Shown here: in pieces, positions 37,904-48,338 of the stretch
How the letters are laid out: each line of letters begins with the position of its first letter
How positions within the stretch are numbered: position 1 is the stretch's first letter
Assembly (NCBI GenBank): GCA_001786745.1
Contig: MFTF01000018.1
Coordinates: forward strand, 23,577-87,576
Source: Candidatus Nomurabacteria bacterium RIFCSPHIGHO2_01_FULL_36_23
GTDB taxonomy: Bacteria; Patescibacteriota; Minisyncoccia; Phycocordibacterales; UBA9973
Length of the DNA: 64,000 nt
Direction of reading: 5' to 3'
The notes under the pieces: generated by a model
What the model saw: the letters and a program-made list of their open reading frames with translations, nothing else
Databases searched by the model: none
Told to the model about the DNA's origin: nothing
Program-made: the position numbers and the translations under genes

Positions 37904-39097
37904 ATGCAACAAAAAAATGAACCGTTGGTAAAAAAAAGTTTCTGTTCTTATTGTGGAGATGCTCCCATTAACCATTCTTTTTCTTTCCTAGAGAGTTTTA
38001 TTTCAATTACGCTAGAAACTCATGCAATCAAGATTATAAAATATGTTCCCAAGTTTATAAAAAACTTTGTTGATTTAATTCCTAAATTTTTATTTGAAAC
38101 ATTGGCACTTTTTAAACTGGTGAAATTTTCTGGAGACATTGACGGGGCGCATACATTTCGCTCTAGAGTTATCTGGGAAGAAGCAAAAAAGAGAGGAATA
38201 ATAATGGAACAAGTAATATTTCTGAACAAACCTCTAGATTTCTATCGTGCGACGCTAAACGGCAAAAATATTTACTTTGAAAGTATGCCCATAAGGTCAG
38301 AATTTTTAGAAATGAGAAAAAATTGGGATGATAAAATTGTGCTCAAGCGAGAATTTAAAAAGCATAATATTCCGGTTCCATCTTGTTTTGAACTATTATT
38401 TTGGAACTTTAAAAATAGAGAAGAAATATTTTTCAAACTTACAAAACCCATAATTGTTAAACCAAGAGTGGGCTCTCGCGGCCGGCATACCATTACTAAC
38501 ATTAATACCCTACAACAATTTCGCGAGGGCATTAATATTGCCGGACAAATATGTTCCCATTTGGTTGTTGAAGAGCATTTAAAAGGCAGTGTTTGCAGGG
38601 TAACTCTAGTGGGCGGAGTTCTAGCGGGATTTTACAGAGGGCAAGCTCCAGCTATCATAGGTGACGGCAAAAAAACAATTAAAGAACTCATAGAAGAAAA
38701 AGATAATAAACGCCAGAATCGAGTCGAGCCCATACGTATTTCAAAAGAATTACACGAGCATATTCTACGGTCGGGATTTGTCGTTGATGATATTTTACCT
38801 GAAGGAGTTTCTTTGTCTCTTTCTCATCGTATCGGTAGATTATTTGGAGGCACAACCAAAGAAATGCTTAATAATCTCCATCCAAGCTTTATTCCTATTT
38901 TAAAAGAGGCTGCGAAAATAGTGAGTTTATTAGTAGTGGGTTTTGACTGCATAATTCCTGATCCGACAAAAGAAGCTAGTTCACAAAAATGGGGGATTAT
39001 TGAATGCAACTCTTTGCCATTTATAGATTTACACTATTATGCGTTGGAAGGAAAACCGAAAAATATCGCTGGTATGATTTGGGATATGTGGAATTAA
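37904..39097 (+). CDS. ATP-grasp ligase (cyanophycin synthetase/GshAB-like domain)
   Basis: DDKIVLK, PIIVKP..GSRGR, VEEHL, IIGDGKKTIKELI, GFD, IIECNSLP. Confidence 0.85.
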   Translation: MQQKNEPLVKKSFCSYCGDAPINHSFSFLESFISITLETHAIKIIKYVPKFIKNFVDLIPKFLFETLALFKLVKFSGDIDGAHTFRSRVIWEEAKKRGIIMEQVIFLNKPLDFYRATLNGKNIYFESMPIRSEFLEMRKNWDDKIVLKREFKKHNIPVPSCFELLFWNFKNREEIFFKLTKPIIVKPRVGSRGRHTITNINTLQQFREGINIAGQICSHLVVEEHLKGSVCRVTLVGGVLAGFYRGQAPAIIGDGKKTIKELIEEKDNKRQNRVEPIRISKELHEHILRSGFVVDDILPEGVSLSLSHRIGRLFGGTTKEMLNNLHPSFIPILKEAAKIVSLLVVGFDCIIPDPTKEASSQKWGIIECNSLPFIDLHYYALEGKPKNIAGMIWDMWN

Positions 39098-39153
39098 TTA
39101 TTATTTGTATAATTTTCTAGCATATGCGGAAATCTTATACATTGGTAAATTTT

Positions 39154-39804
39154 CTAATGCGCCACGGTAAAAGCTATTATTTTTCTTGCGCCGGCGCGCT
39201 TGAGGATTTTTCTTGCTTCACTTAAAGTTGCGCCAGTGGTGGTAACATCGTCTATAAGAATTATATTTTTATTTTTTATTTTTTCTGTATTTTTCACTAC
39301 AAAAGAATCAATAATATTTTTCAGGCGTTCACTACGGTTTTCAATGCGCGCTTGATGTTTTGTATCTTTTATTTTGATTAAAATATTATTCTCAAGCTTA
39401 AAATTCACGTTATTATCTAACTTTGTCAATTCTTTACATATCAATTCTGCTTGATTGAATCCCCGTTCTCGGTATCGGTCAGAAGAAAGTGGAATGGGGA
39501 TTAGAATAATATCCGTAAAGTTTTCCATTATAGATAAATCAGACAATTCTTCTAAAATCCTTCCATAAACAACTTCCGCAAAAACGCTCGCAAGAAGTTT
39601 TTTACCTTTATATTTCAAAAACCACACAGCTTTTTTTATCGGCGGATACCGATAGTCAAAAATAGGGAAAATCCAATTGGCGCTTTCACGCTCGGCGGGA
39701 GGAGAATCTAGGAGACATTTTACACATAAAAATGTCCCACTTTTTGAGCAGGATAGACAATACGTAGGGAAAACTAAATCTAATATAGCGCTTAAAAAGC
39801 TCAT
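39154..39804 (-). CDS. comF: ComF family protein
   Basis: N-terminal CxxC..CxxC, RGFNQ, LIDDVTTTGAT. Confidence 0.93.
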   Translation of the reverse strand: MSFLSAILDLVFPTYCLSCSKSGTFLCVKCLLDSPPAERESANWIFPIFDYRYPPIKKAVWFLKYKGKKLLASVFAEVVYGRILEELSDLSIMENFTDIILIPIPLSSDRYRERGFNQAELICKELTKLDNNVNFKLENNILIKIKDTKHQARIENRSERLKNIIDSFVVKNTEKIKNKNIILIDDVTTTGATLSEARKILKRAGARKIIAFTVAH

Positions 39805-39825
39805 TATGATATAATATTAGCACAA

Positions 39826-40974
39826 ATGAACAATTCATTGAAAAATTTTTTTGCAAAAATAAAGAGTATTGTCAGTGACCCAGAGAGTAGTGCTGTCGGT
39901 ATTGATATTGGCTCTTCGGCAATTAAAGTGGTTGAAATTAAAAAAAAAAGAGGCAAAGTGATACTTGAAACTTATGGAGCAATAGCGCTTGGTCCCTATG
40001 CCAGTCTTGATGCAGGACAAGTTACCAATCTTTCAGTTGAAAAAATAGCAGAAGCTTTAAAGGAAGTTTTAAAGCAATCCGGCGTATCTAGTTCTTCTTT
40101 AGCTTTTTCTATTCCAGTGCAAGCAAGTTTAATTTTTACCATTGAACTTCCGGCGCAAATAAAGGAAAATGAAGTGGCGGTGATTATTTCCACAGAAGCG
40201 CGTAAATATATTCCAGTGCCAATTACGGAAGTTTCTCTTGATTATTTTATATTGCCGAAAAAAGAATCTTCTTTTGAAGAAGCAAACACTGACATAGCTG
40301 ATATAAAAAATGCCAATCTTCCACCAGCGCAAAAAGAAAAAACAAATGTGCTTGTCGTTGCTACACAAAATGATGCAGTTTCCAGGTTTCGTTCCATTGT
40401 TTCTCAATCTGCTCTTTCCGCTTCTTTCTTTGAAATTGAAATATTTTCTTCAATTAGAGCTAATTTTGAACATGAACTTTCCCCTGTCCTTTTAATGGAT
40501 TTTGGCGCATCGCGTACTAAACTTTCTATTGTTGAATTCGGCATGATTAAGGGTTATCATTCAATAGAAAGAGGCGGAGCTGATATATCTTTGTCCATTT
40601 CTCAATCTTTAGGTGTTCCTTTTTTTGAAGCAGAAAAAATGAAAAAAGAATTTGGTCTTTTTGAAAATCCCGCAGAAAAAAGTTTATCTGATATTATTAA
40701 AATTCATACTAATTATATTTTTTCTGAGACAAATAATCTATTATTGGGGTATGAAAAGAAATATAATAGAACGATAAGCAAGGTAATATTTTCGGGCGGA
40801 GGCTCTCTTTTAAAAGGATTAACAGAAGAAGCGGTCAATAATTTTCGAGCTGAAATAGTAATTGGTCATCCATTTAATAAAGTGGGCGCGCCGGCATTTT
40901 TAGAGAGAGTTCTTGGGGCGATTGGTCCTGAATTCGCGGTTGCCCTCGGTTTAGCATTGCGAAAATTACAATAA
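39826..40974 (+). CDS. pilM: Type IV pilus assembly protein PilM
   Basis: GIDIGSSAIK, EARKYIP, DFGASRT, SGGGS, AVALGLALR. Confidence 0.93.
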   Translation: MNNSLKNFFAKIKSIVSDPESSAVGIDIGSSAIKVVEIKKKRGKVILETYGAIALGPYASLDAGQVTNLSVEKIAEALKEVLKQSGVSSSSLAFSIPVQASLIFTIELPAQIKENEVAVIISTEARKYIPVPITEVSLDYFILPKKESSFEEANTDIADIKNANLPPAQKEKTNVLVVATQNDAVSRFRSIVSQSALSASFFEIEIFSSIRANFEHELSPVLLMDFGASRTKLSIVEFGMIKGYHSIERGGADISLSISQSLGVPFFEAEKMKKEFGLFENPAEKSLSDIIKIHTNYIFSETNNLLLGYEKKYNRTISKVIFSGGGSLLKGLTEEAVNNFRAEIVIGHPFNKVGAPAFLERVLGAIGPEFAVALGLALRKLQ

Positions 40975-41066
40975 AAACTATTAACAAGAACAGTTCTTGC
41001 CAATAGTAAAGTTATACACAATATACTTCATTAAAAGTTGTTTTTGTAATATAATAATATGGTAAA

Positions 41067-41720
41067 ATGGAGCAAAATTTTCAAACATCATTTATACCTA
41101 AAAAATCTATAGTCAAAGAACGCGCTGTTGTGGCGCGACCTGTTAGTTTTTTGGTTATTATTTCCATTTTTATTTTATTTTCTATGTTAATCGGGACAGG
41201 TGGTCTTTATTTCTATAAAAAAATTATGGAAAAAAATATCACAGAAATGGAAAACAGCCTAAACGCAGCCAAAAATCGCTTTGAACCTTCTAGAATAACA
41301 GAACTTCAGGTGCTAGACAAGCGTTTGCGCGCGTCAAGTGAAATTTTATCTAAACACATAGCAGTAACGCCTATTTTTAAGGCATTGCAACTAATTACTA
41401 TGAAAACTGTTCGTTATATTAAATTTAGTTATGATTTTACAAATGAAATAAATTCTAAAGTGCTTGTAAAAATGAATGGACACGCAGTCGGGTATCGTTC
41501 TATCGCCCTTCAGGCGGATCTCTTTACTAAAAATAAAAACTTAATTGATCCAATTTTTTCCAATCTTACACTTGACGACAAAGGCAGTGTCCTATTTGAT
41601 TTGGAGTTTTCGGTCGATCCAAGTTTTGTTGGTTATAAACAGACACTCTTAACAGAAAATGAGAGTGGCCAAAATGATAATTCTTTTAATCCTCTTGCGG
41701 AAGTTGGCACGGAAAATTAA
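41067..41720 (+). CDS. PilN-like bitopic protein
   Basis: TSFIPK N-terminus, one TM, coiled coil; follows pilM. Confidence 0.7.
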   Translation: MEQNFQTSFIPKKSIVKERAVVARPVSFLVIISIFILFSMLIGTGGLYFYKKIMEKNITEMENSLNAAKNRFEPSRITELQVLDKRLRASSEILSKHIAVTPIFKALQLITMKTVRYIKFSYDFTNEINSKVLVKMNGHAVGYRSIALQADLFTKNKNLIDPIFSNLTLDDKGSVLFDLEFSVDPSFVGYKQTLLTENESGQNDNSFNPLAEVGTEN

Positions 41721-41729
41721 TTTATTTTT

Positions 41730-42332
41730 ATGATTAGATACATTATAGCGATTATTTTAATGGGAATCAGTCTTGTCGGGTTCTTTTCTTTTTCCAGTCC
41801 TCTTTACAAAGATATATCCGATCTAAAGATGCAAATAGCATCTTACAATGAAGCGCTTGATAATTCTAAAGCGCTTGAAAACGAGCGAGACAAATTGACT
41901 GCTAAGTATAATGCTATTAACCCGGAAAATTTAGTAAGAATTCAAAAACTTTTGCCCGATAATATTGACAATATACGTTTGATTCTTGAAATAGAAAAAG
42001 TAGCTTTGCCTTATGATATGGTCTTAAAAAATGTTAAATTTAATACAGTAAAAAAGGAAAATACAACACCAGAAACAGGAGCAACCCAAGGGGGTGGAAC
42101 TCAAGTGGATCAATCTTTTAACAAAGATTATGGATCATGGGATCTAGAATTTTCTACGAGTGGCACTTATAATAATTTCATTAACTTTACAAAAGATTTA
42201 GAAAGCAATCTAAGAATTGTGGATATATCATCAATTCAATTTTCATCCGGTCCAGACACGAAACTGAATCCCTCCTTGCCTGAAGTTTATAAATTTGATT
42301 TTAAAATTAAAACTTATTGGCTAAAAAATTAA
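41730..42332 (+). CDS. PilO-like protein
   Basis: TM + coiled coil, LLP, GTYNNF..FTKDLESNLRIVDI. Confidence 0.8.
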   Translation: MIRYIIAIILMGISLVGFFSFSSPLYKDISDLKMQIASYNEALDNSKALENERDKLTAKYNAINPENLVRIQKLLPDNIDNIRLILEIEKVALPYDMVLKNVKFNTVKKENTTPETGATQGGGTQVDQSFNKDYGSWDLEFSTSGTYNNFINFTKDLESNLRIVDISSIQFSSGPDTKLNPSLPEVYKFDFKIKTYWLKN

Positions 42333-42378
42333 AATAATTTTGCCCGAGCTTAAAAAGCTTTAGGGCTAAAAAACTAAA

Positions 42379-42744
42379 ATGTCTCCAAAAATAAAAAACA
42401 TCATAATATTTGTAGGAATTGCAGCAGTTTTTATTTTGATTTATATTTTTTTTATAAAAAAGCCCCAACCCCAGGCTGATTTAGTTTCTTCTTCCAACCC
42501 CACATTTTCTTCTTTTTCCAGTATACCCGATACAATGATTTCAAACCAGAGACCCCTGATTGCCAAAGATTTTCTTTCTTTGCTTTTGAATGTTAAAAAT
42601 ATAAAATTAGACGATGCTATTTTCTCTGACAGCGCATTTAATAATTTGCGCGATTCTAGTATCATACTTATACCTGATGGAAATGAGGGGCGGCCCAATC
42701 CATTTGCTCCGCTTGGAACCGATAATGTTGAGGCACCCATATGA
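42379..42744 (+). CDS. Small bitopic protein (PilP position)
   Basis: N-terminal TM, C-terminal GRPNPFAP. Confidence 0.65.
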   Translation: MSPKIKNIIIFVGIAAVFILIYIFFIKKPQPQADLVSSSNPTFSSFSSIPDTMISNQRPLIAKDFLSLLLNVKNIKLDDAIFSDSAFNNLRDSSIILIPDGNEGRPNPFAPLGTDNVEAPI

Positions 42745-44489
42745 GTTTTTTAGAAGAATTAAGTAAAAAAGGCGTAATCAATGAGAGCCAAATAGGTGAA
42801 ATTAAAAATCGCGCAAAAGAGAAGTATAATGGAAATATTGACGAAGCCCTTATTGAATCTGGCGTTTCAGAAGAAAAAATTCTTGAAGTAAAAGGGGAGT
42901 ATTTGCGAATACCAGTGAAGAAAATAAATGTTCAAGATGTGTCTTTTGACGTTCTTCAATATATTTCAGAAGATTCGGCGACACATTATCATTTTGTTCC
43001 AATTGATCTTAAGGAAGGAGTATTGGAAGTGGGCATTACAGATCCAGAGAATACACAGGCGATGGATGCCTTACAGTTTATTTCAGCCAAGCTCGGTATT
43101 CCTTTTAAAATTTTTCTCATTTCGGAAAGTGACTATAAAAATATAATAGAAACCTATAAAGGCATATCGAGCCAGGTAGAAGAAGCGCTTAAAGAATTAA
43201 ACCAAGATGAAGCAATTGATGCAAAAAGTTTAAGCAAGGAAAATTTAGATAAAGAGATAAAAGATATAAAACCGGGAGAGGAAGCCAAAATAATAGAAGA
43301 TGCGCCAGTTATAAAAATTGTTGCTGTAATGCTGAGTAATGCCATAGAGGGGAATTCTTCTGATATCCATATTGAGCACGGAGGAGACAAGATAAAAGTA
43401 CGTTATCGCGTAGATGGCTCCCTTTACACTAGCATAGTATTACCCCTCAATGTTTATAGTGGAATAATTGCGCGTATAAAAATTCTTGCCAAATTGCGAT
43501 TAGACGAGAAAAGAAAACCCCAAGACGGGTCTTTTAGCGCAACTATTAATGGACGCAAGGTTGATTTTCGTGTTTCTACAATGCCGGCATATTATGGCGA
43601 GAAAATTGTTATGCGTATTTTAGATTCTGAAAAGGGAGTTAAGCCTCTGGATCAATTAGGTCTATCAGAAACAAATCTCAAAATGACCAGAGAGGCGCTT
43701 GCCCAGCCGTATGGAATTATTCTTATCACTGGTCCGACAGGGTCTGGAAAATCCACCACTCTATATTCAATGATGAATGAACTTGATCAGGAAAAAAACA
43801 ATATTGTATCCTTGGAAGATCCAGTAGAATATCATATGCCCAATATTAATCAATCTCAAGTAATGCCCGAAATCGGATATACTTTTGCGACGGGGCTACG
43901 TTCTATTTTTCGTCAAGATCCGGACATAATAATGGTTGGAGAAATTCGTGATAAAGAAACAGCCCAACTTGCTATTCAAGCGGCTTTGACTGGACACCTC
44001 GTTCTTTCAACTCTCCATACAAATAGCGCTATTGGCGCAATTCCTCGTCTTATTGATATGGGTATTGATCCGTATCTTATCGCGCCAACCCTAATTCTCT
44101 CTATAGCTCAACGTTTGGCTAAAACGATTTTTCCCGCTTCTAGAAAGCTTATATCAATGGATCCAAGTACTAAAATTCAAATTGAAGAGCAATTTAAAGA
44201 TTTGCCGGATGAATATAGAAAAAAAATTATTTTCAAAGATAAAATGTATGAAGTTGTTCCATCTCCCGAATGTCCTTCTGGCACAAAGGGTCGTATTGCT
44301 ATTTTTGAAATGTTTAAAGTAGATAAGGAAATGGAGGCTACAATACTAAAAAATCCCACCAATGCGGAAATTTACAAAATAGCCCGCAGAAAGGGAATGC
44401 TGATGATGAAAGAAGATGCCATATTGAAATCTCTACAAGGCATTATTCCTTTTAGGGAAGTATATAATTTTAGCAATGAAAATGAGTAA
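42741..44489 (+). CDS. pilB: PilB/GspE assembly ATPase, full length
   Basis: N-terminal domain, SDIHIE, PQDG, GPTGSGKS, RQDPD. Confidence 0.94.
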   Translation: MSFLEELSKKGVINESQIGEIKNRAKEKYNGNIDEALIESGVSEEKILEVKGEYLRIPVKKINVQDVSFDVLQYISEDSATHYHFVPIDLKEGVLEVGITDPENTQAMDALQFISAKLGIPFKIFLISESDYKNIIETYKGISSQVEEALKELNQDEAIDAKSLSKENLDKEIKDIKPGEEAKIIEDAPVIKIVAVMLSNAIEGNSSDIHIEHGGDKIKVRYRVDGSLYTSIVLPLNVYSGIIARIKILAKLRLDEKRKPQDGSFSATINGRKVDFRVSTMPAYYGEKIVMRILDSEKGVKPLDQLGLSETNLKMTREALAQPYGIILITGPTGSGKSTTLYSMMNELDQEKNNIVSLEDPVEYHMPNINQSQVMPEIGYTFATGLRSIFRQDPDIIMVGEIRDKETAQLAIQAALTGHLVLSTLHTNSAIGAIPRLIDMGIDPYLIAPTLILSIAQRLAKTIFPASRKLISMDPSTKIQIEEQFKDLPDEYRKKIIFKDKMYEVVPSPECPSGTKGRIAIFEMFKVDKEMEATILKNPTNAEIYKIARRKGMLMMKEDAILKSLQGIIPFREVYNFSNENE

Positions 44490-44558
44490 AACCCCTCCCG
44501 ACCTCCCCTTATCAGAGGAGGTGGAAAAAGTCCCCCTGACAAGGGGGATTAGAGGGTT
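44490..44558. repeat. GC-rich REP-like element, intergenic copy
   Basis: cccctcccgacctccccttatcagaggagg...tccccctgacaagggggattagaggg; sibling in ligA 53222-53299. Confidence 0.85.
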
Positions 44559-44592
44559 GTATTAAAACTGGCTTGTAGTACAATTAGTGTGT

Positions 44593-45033
44593 ATGGAAGG
44601 AGAAAAAACAAAAATTTTAATAATTGATGACGATAATTTTCTTTTAGATATGTATGCGCTTAAATTTAGCCAAAATAATTTTGAGGTGTACACGGCCTTA
44701 AGTGGCATACAGGCAATAAAAAAACTTCAAGGCGGACTTAACCCTAATATTATTTTAATGGATGTAATTATGCCTGAAATGGATGGCTTTGAAATGTTAG
44801 AAAAAATGAACACTAATCAATTATCTCCAAATTCTATAAAAATAATTTTATCCAACAAAAGTCAACAGGAGGATATTGATCGAGGCAACGCATTGGGAGT
44901 AGCAGGTTACATTGTAAAGGCAAATTCCACTCCAATGGAAGTGATAAACCAGGTGACAAGCATTTTAACTAAGAAAGTTAACCCCGACGCAAAGTCAGGA
45001 TCCCGACCTGAAAGCGTCGGGATTAAAAAATAA
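44593..45033 (+). CDS. Single-domain response regulator
   Basis: ILIIDDD, ILMDVIMPEMDG, YIVK. Confidence 0.93.
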   Translation: MEGEKTKILIIDDDNFLLDMYALKFSQNNFEVYTALSGIQAIKKLQGGLNPNIILMDVIMPEMDGFEMLEKMNTNQLSPNSIKIILSNKSQQEDIDRGNALGVAGYIVKANSTPMEVINQVTSILTKKVNPDAKSGSRPESVGIKK

Positions 45034-45038
45034 ACATT

Positions 45039-46097
45039 ATGAACCATAAGGAAAAACTTGCAGAACTTATTTTAACTGTTATCCGCGAAGGGGGATCGGA
45101 TTTGCATTTGGGCGCAGGGCGGGTACCAGCTATTCGTGTCACTGGTGAACTTATCTTTCTTGTAAAGAATTCGGTTTTTACTCAAGAAGATATGATTGGA
45201 ATTTTGAGTGAAGTATTGGATAAAGTAAAAGTTGATAGATTCATGGAAAATCAAGAAGCGGATTTTTCTTATGATTTCCGTGGAGAAGCGCGACTGCGTG
45301 GCAACGCTTTTTTTCAAAAAGGATTAATTAATATTGCTTTTCGGTTATTACCGAAAGTAAAAACTCTGGCAGAGTTGCATTTACCTCCCATCCTCGCAGA
45401 TTTGACTCGTAAAAGACAAGGTTTTTTTCTGGTGGTTGGTCCTGTCGGACAAGGTAAGTCAACCACTATCTCATCAATGATTAATTTAATCAATAATGAA
45501 CAAACACGTCATATTATAACAATTGAAGATCCGATTGAATATTTATTTGTTCCTAATAAATCCATAATTAATCAACGAGAAGTCGGTATTGACACTAAAG
45601 ATTTTCATACGGGGCTTAAGTCAGTTTTTCGCGAGGATGTGAATGTGATAATGATCGGCGAGATGCGCACGCCTGAGACCATAGCAACTGCCGTAACTGC
45701 CGCGGAAACTGGGCATTTGGTGTTTTCAACCTTGCACACTAACAATGCTTCTCAAACAATAGATAGAATAATTGATTCTTTCCCGGGTGATCAACAGGAC
45801 CAAATTCGCGCTCAACTTTCATCCAGTCTGCTGGCCATTTTTTCAGAAAGGCTCATTCCCAGAATTGCCGGAGGGCTTATTCCCGCTTATGAACTTCTTT
45901 TAAATAATAATGCGGTAGCGAATTTAATTCGCGAAAAACGCACGCACGAGATTGATGTAGTTATAGAAACAGGCACGGAATCCGGGATGGTGGATTTAAA
46001 TCATTCACTTATAGAACTTGTGCGTACCGGAGAAATTTCAATAGAAAATGCCTATCAATATTCACTTAATCCTAAAGGGCTTGAACGGATGATTTAA
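45039..46097 (+). CDS. pilT: Retraction ATPase PilT
   Basis: SDLHL, GPVGQGKSTT, QREVG, AAETGHLV, AVANLIRE. Confidence 0.94.
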   Translation: MNHKEKLAELILTVIREGGSDLHLGAGRVPAIRVTGELIFLVKNSVFTQEDMIGILSEVLDKVKVDRFMENQEADFSYDFRGEARLRGNAFFQKGLINIAFRLLPKVKTLAELHLPPILADLTRKRQGFFLVVGPVGQGKSTTISSMINLINNEQTRHIITIEDPIEYLFVPNKSIINQREVGIDTKDFHTGLKSVFREDVNVIMIGEMRTPETIATAVTAAETGHLVFSTLHTNNASQTIDRIIDSFPGDQQDQIRAQLSSSLLAIFSERLIPRIAGGLIPAYELLLNNNAVANLIREKRTHEIDVVIETGTESGMVDLNHSLIELVRTGEISIENAYQYSLNPKGLERMI

Positions 46098-46113
46098 TAC
46101 TTTATAAATAACC

Positions 46114-47322
46114 ATGTTATTTAAATATAAAGCGGTAGATGATGAAGGAATAAACAAGGAAGGAGAAATTGATGCGCCGAGTCGCGATATGGCGATAAGC
46201 GGACTTCAGCACAGGGGGCTTGTTATTATTTCCATAAAAAATGAAGAAGAAAAGAAATCATTTCTTTCAATTTCTTTTTTTAACAGGGTGTCGACGAAGG
46301 ATATTGTGATTCTTTCCCGTCAGATTTCAACTTTATTTGAAGCGCAAGTGTCTGCCTTAAAAGCTTTCGGCATGCTCGCAACTAATGTAGAAAATAAATT
46401 TTTAGGTCTCAAGCTTGTTCAAATTTGCGATGATCTTAAAGCGGGAGTTTCTATTTCCGGCTCCTTGGCCAAGCACCCCGATGTCTTTTCAAGTTTTTAT
46501 TTGAATATGGTAAAGGTGGGAGAAGAAACCGGAAAACTCAATCAAATTTTTTTGAACTTGGCAGAATATTTAGATCGTCAATATGCTCTTACATCCAAGA
46601 CCAGAAACGCGCTCATTTATCCGATATTCGTTATTATCACTTTTTTTGTTGTCATGGGTCTTATGTTTGTAGTTGTGATTCCAAAACTTTCCGCCATTAT
46701 ATTGGATTCTGGCCAAGCAGTGCCTATTTATACTTCTATCATCATTGCGCTTTCAAATTTTTTCGTTCATTATGGTTTTTTTGTTATAATCTTTTTGGTA
46801 TTTTTAGCTATTTGGCTTTGGAGAATATCCACAACAGAGAAAGGGAAAACATATCTTGACAAAATGCGTCTCTCTATGCCATATGTGGGTAATTTATATA
46901 AACAGCTCTATCTCTCCAGAATAGCCGACAATATGGAAATAATGCTTTCTTCAGGCGTTCAAATTCTTCGGGCAATAGACATCACTTCAGAAGTAGTTGG
47001 CAGTCGCGTCTATAAAGAAATTTTAAATGAAGCGGCGGATGGCGTAAAATCAGGATTGGCTCTTTCGGTTGCGCTGGAAAAACATCAAAAAGAAATACCG
47101 TCTATTTTGATACAGATGGTGAAGGTGGGTGAAGAGACGGGTTCTTTGGATGTTATTTTAAAAACTCTAGCTATTTTTTACAAGCGTGAAGTGGATGATG
47201 CGGTTGATACATTAATTGGTCTAATAGAACCGGTAATGATTGTGGTTTTGGGTTTAGGCGTCGGACTGCTTTTAGTTTCTATCTTAGTGCCGATTTATAA
47301 TATCGCCGGGGGGATTAGTTAG
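46114..47322 (+). CDS. pilC: PilC/GspF platform protein, third copy
   Basis: VGEETGKL, VGEETGSL, LIEPVM. Confidence 0.93.
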   Translation: MLFKYKAVDDEGINKEGEIDAPSRDMAISGLQHRGLVIISIKNEEEKKSFLSISFFNRVSTKDIVILSRQISTLFEAQVSALKAFGMLATNVENKFLGLKLVQICDDLKAGVSISGSLAKHPDVFSSFYLNMVKVGEETGKLNQIFLNLAEYLDRQYALTSKTRNALIYPIFVIITFFVVMGLMFVVVIPKLSAIILDSGQAVPIYTSIIIALSNFFVHYGFFVIIFLVFLAIWLWRISTTEKGKTYLDKMRLSMPYVGNLYKQLYLSRIADNMEIMLSSGVQILRAIDITSEVVGSRVYKEILNEAADGVKSGLALSVALEKHQKEIPSILIQMVKVGEETGSLDVILKTLAIFYKREVDDAVDTLIGLIEPVMIVVLGLGVGLLLVSILVPIYNIAGGIS

Positions 47323-47410
47323 ATTCTAGTTGTTAGTAACTAGTTTTTAGGAAATGATAGAGTATGGGCAGGTGTGGATAACTTTATTAATTTTGTGATA
47401 TAATAGAATT

Positions 47411-47653
47411 ATGATTAGTAAAAAGAAAAAAATAATAGCAATAGATGAATTAGCGGTCATGGTTGCAAAGGGTTTTGAAGGTGTTGATAGAAAACTTGAA
47501 GAGGCAAGCAGAAACATGGCCAGAGTTGAAAATAATTTGCTTTACCATATCGGAAGTATAAATAGAAGGCTTGACGATATATCATTTAATAAAGTAAAAT
47601 ATGAAGACCATGATGCTTTGAAGAAGCGAGTGAGTATTTTGGAAAAAGTTTAA
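47411..47653 (+). CDS. Small coiled-coil hypothetical protein
   Basis: 80 aa, IDELAVMVAKGF..LKKRVSILE; TGATATAAT 6 nt before ATG. Confidence 0.7.
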   Translation: MISKKKKIIAIDELAVMVAKGFEGVDRKLEEASRNMARVENNLLYHIGSINRRLDDISFNKVKYEDHDALKKRVSILEKV

Positions 47654-47719
47654 TGTTTGTTTATTATTAATCAAGTCGAAATTATTATAAGTTAATATTA
47701 TTAAATAAAAAAATAGGTT

Positions 47720-48205
47720 ATGAAAAAAATAAGTTTCAAAAAAGGTTTCACCTCGGCTTGCCGAAGGCGAGACGGATTTACATTAATTGAACTCTTGGTC
47801 GTGGTTGCCATCATCGGTATTTTAGCTTCCGTTGTGCTCGCTAGCCTAAACAGCGCTAGAACGAAAGGTGCTGACGCGGCCGTTAAATCTAGTATGGCTA
47901 ACTCTCGTGCTCAGGCAGAGCTATTCTATGATACTGGACAGACTTACGCTGGTGTTTGTGCTGTTGGCGCGACTACTATTAATGCAATCTTAGCTGGTGC
48001 TGTCAAGCAAAGTGCTGATGCAGACCAAGTTGTTGGTGATGATGCAGCTGCTACGGCAACCGTAGCTGTCTGTAATGACAGTGCTGCCGCTTGGGCATCC
48101 GAAATGCCACTCAAGGGTGGAAGTTTCTTCTGTGTGGATAGTAGTGGAAAAAGTCAGGTTAATACCGCTGTTGGCCTGGCGGCTGCTGCAGACTACGCTT
48201 GTTAA
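47720..48205 (+). CDS. Type IV pilin (major pilin candidate)
   Basis: G|FTLIELLVVVAIIGILASVVLASL; four Cys in the mature part; followed by terminator-like repeat. Confidence 0.92.
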   Translation: MKKISFKKGFTSACRRRDGFTLIELLVVVAIIGILASVVLASLNSARTKGADAAVKSSMANSRAQAELFYDTGQTYAGVCAVGATTINAILAGAVKQSADADQVVGDDAAATATVAVCNDSAAAWASEMPLKGGSFFCVDSSGKSQVNTAVGLAAAADYAC

Positions 48206-48232
48206 TAACTATTAACATATTTAATTGTTGCA

Positions 48233-48287
48233 ATAAAAAACAAAAACTACCCTTTTGATTTATCCACAGGGTGTTTTTTGTTTTTAT
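48233..48287 (+). terminator. Terminator-like inverted repeat with DnaA box in the loop
   Basis: ataaaaaacaaaaactaccct...agggtgttttttgtttttat; ttatccaca at 48260-48268. Confidence 0.55.
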
Positions 48288-48338
48288 GAATGTGCTATAA
48301 TATAAAAGTTCATTATAAATTTTAACTTTTTTATAAAT

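Noticed and set aside
41012-48268. Replication origin
   Set aside because: DnaA boxes are single and far apart; no cluster, unwinding element or dnaA nearby.
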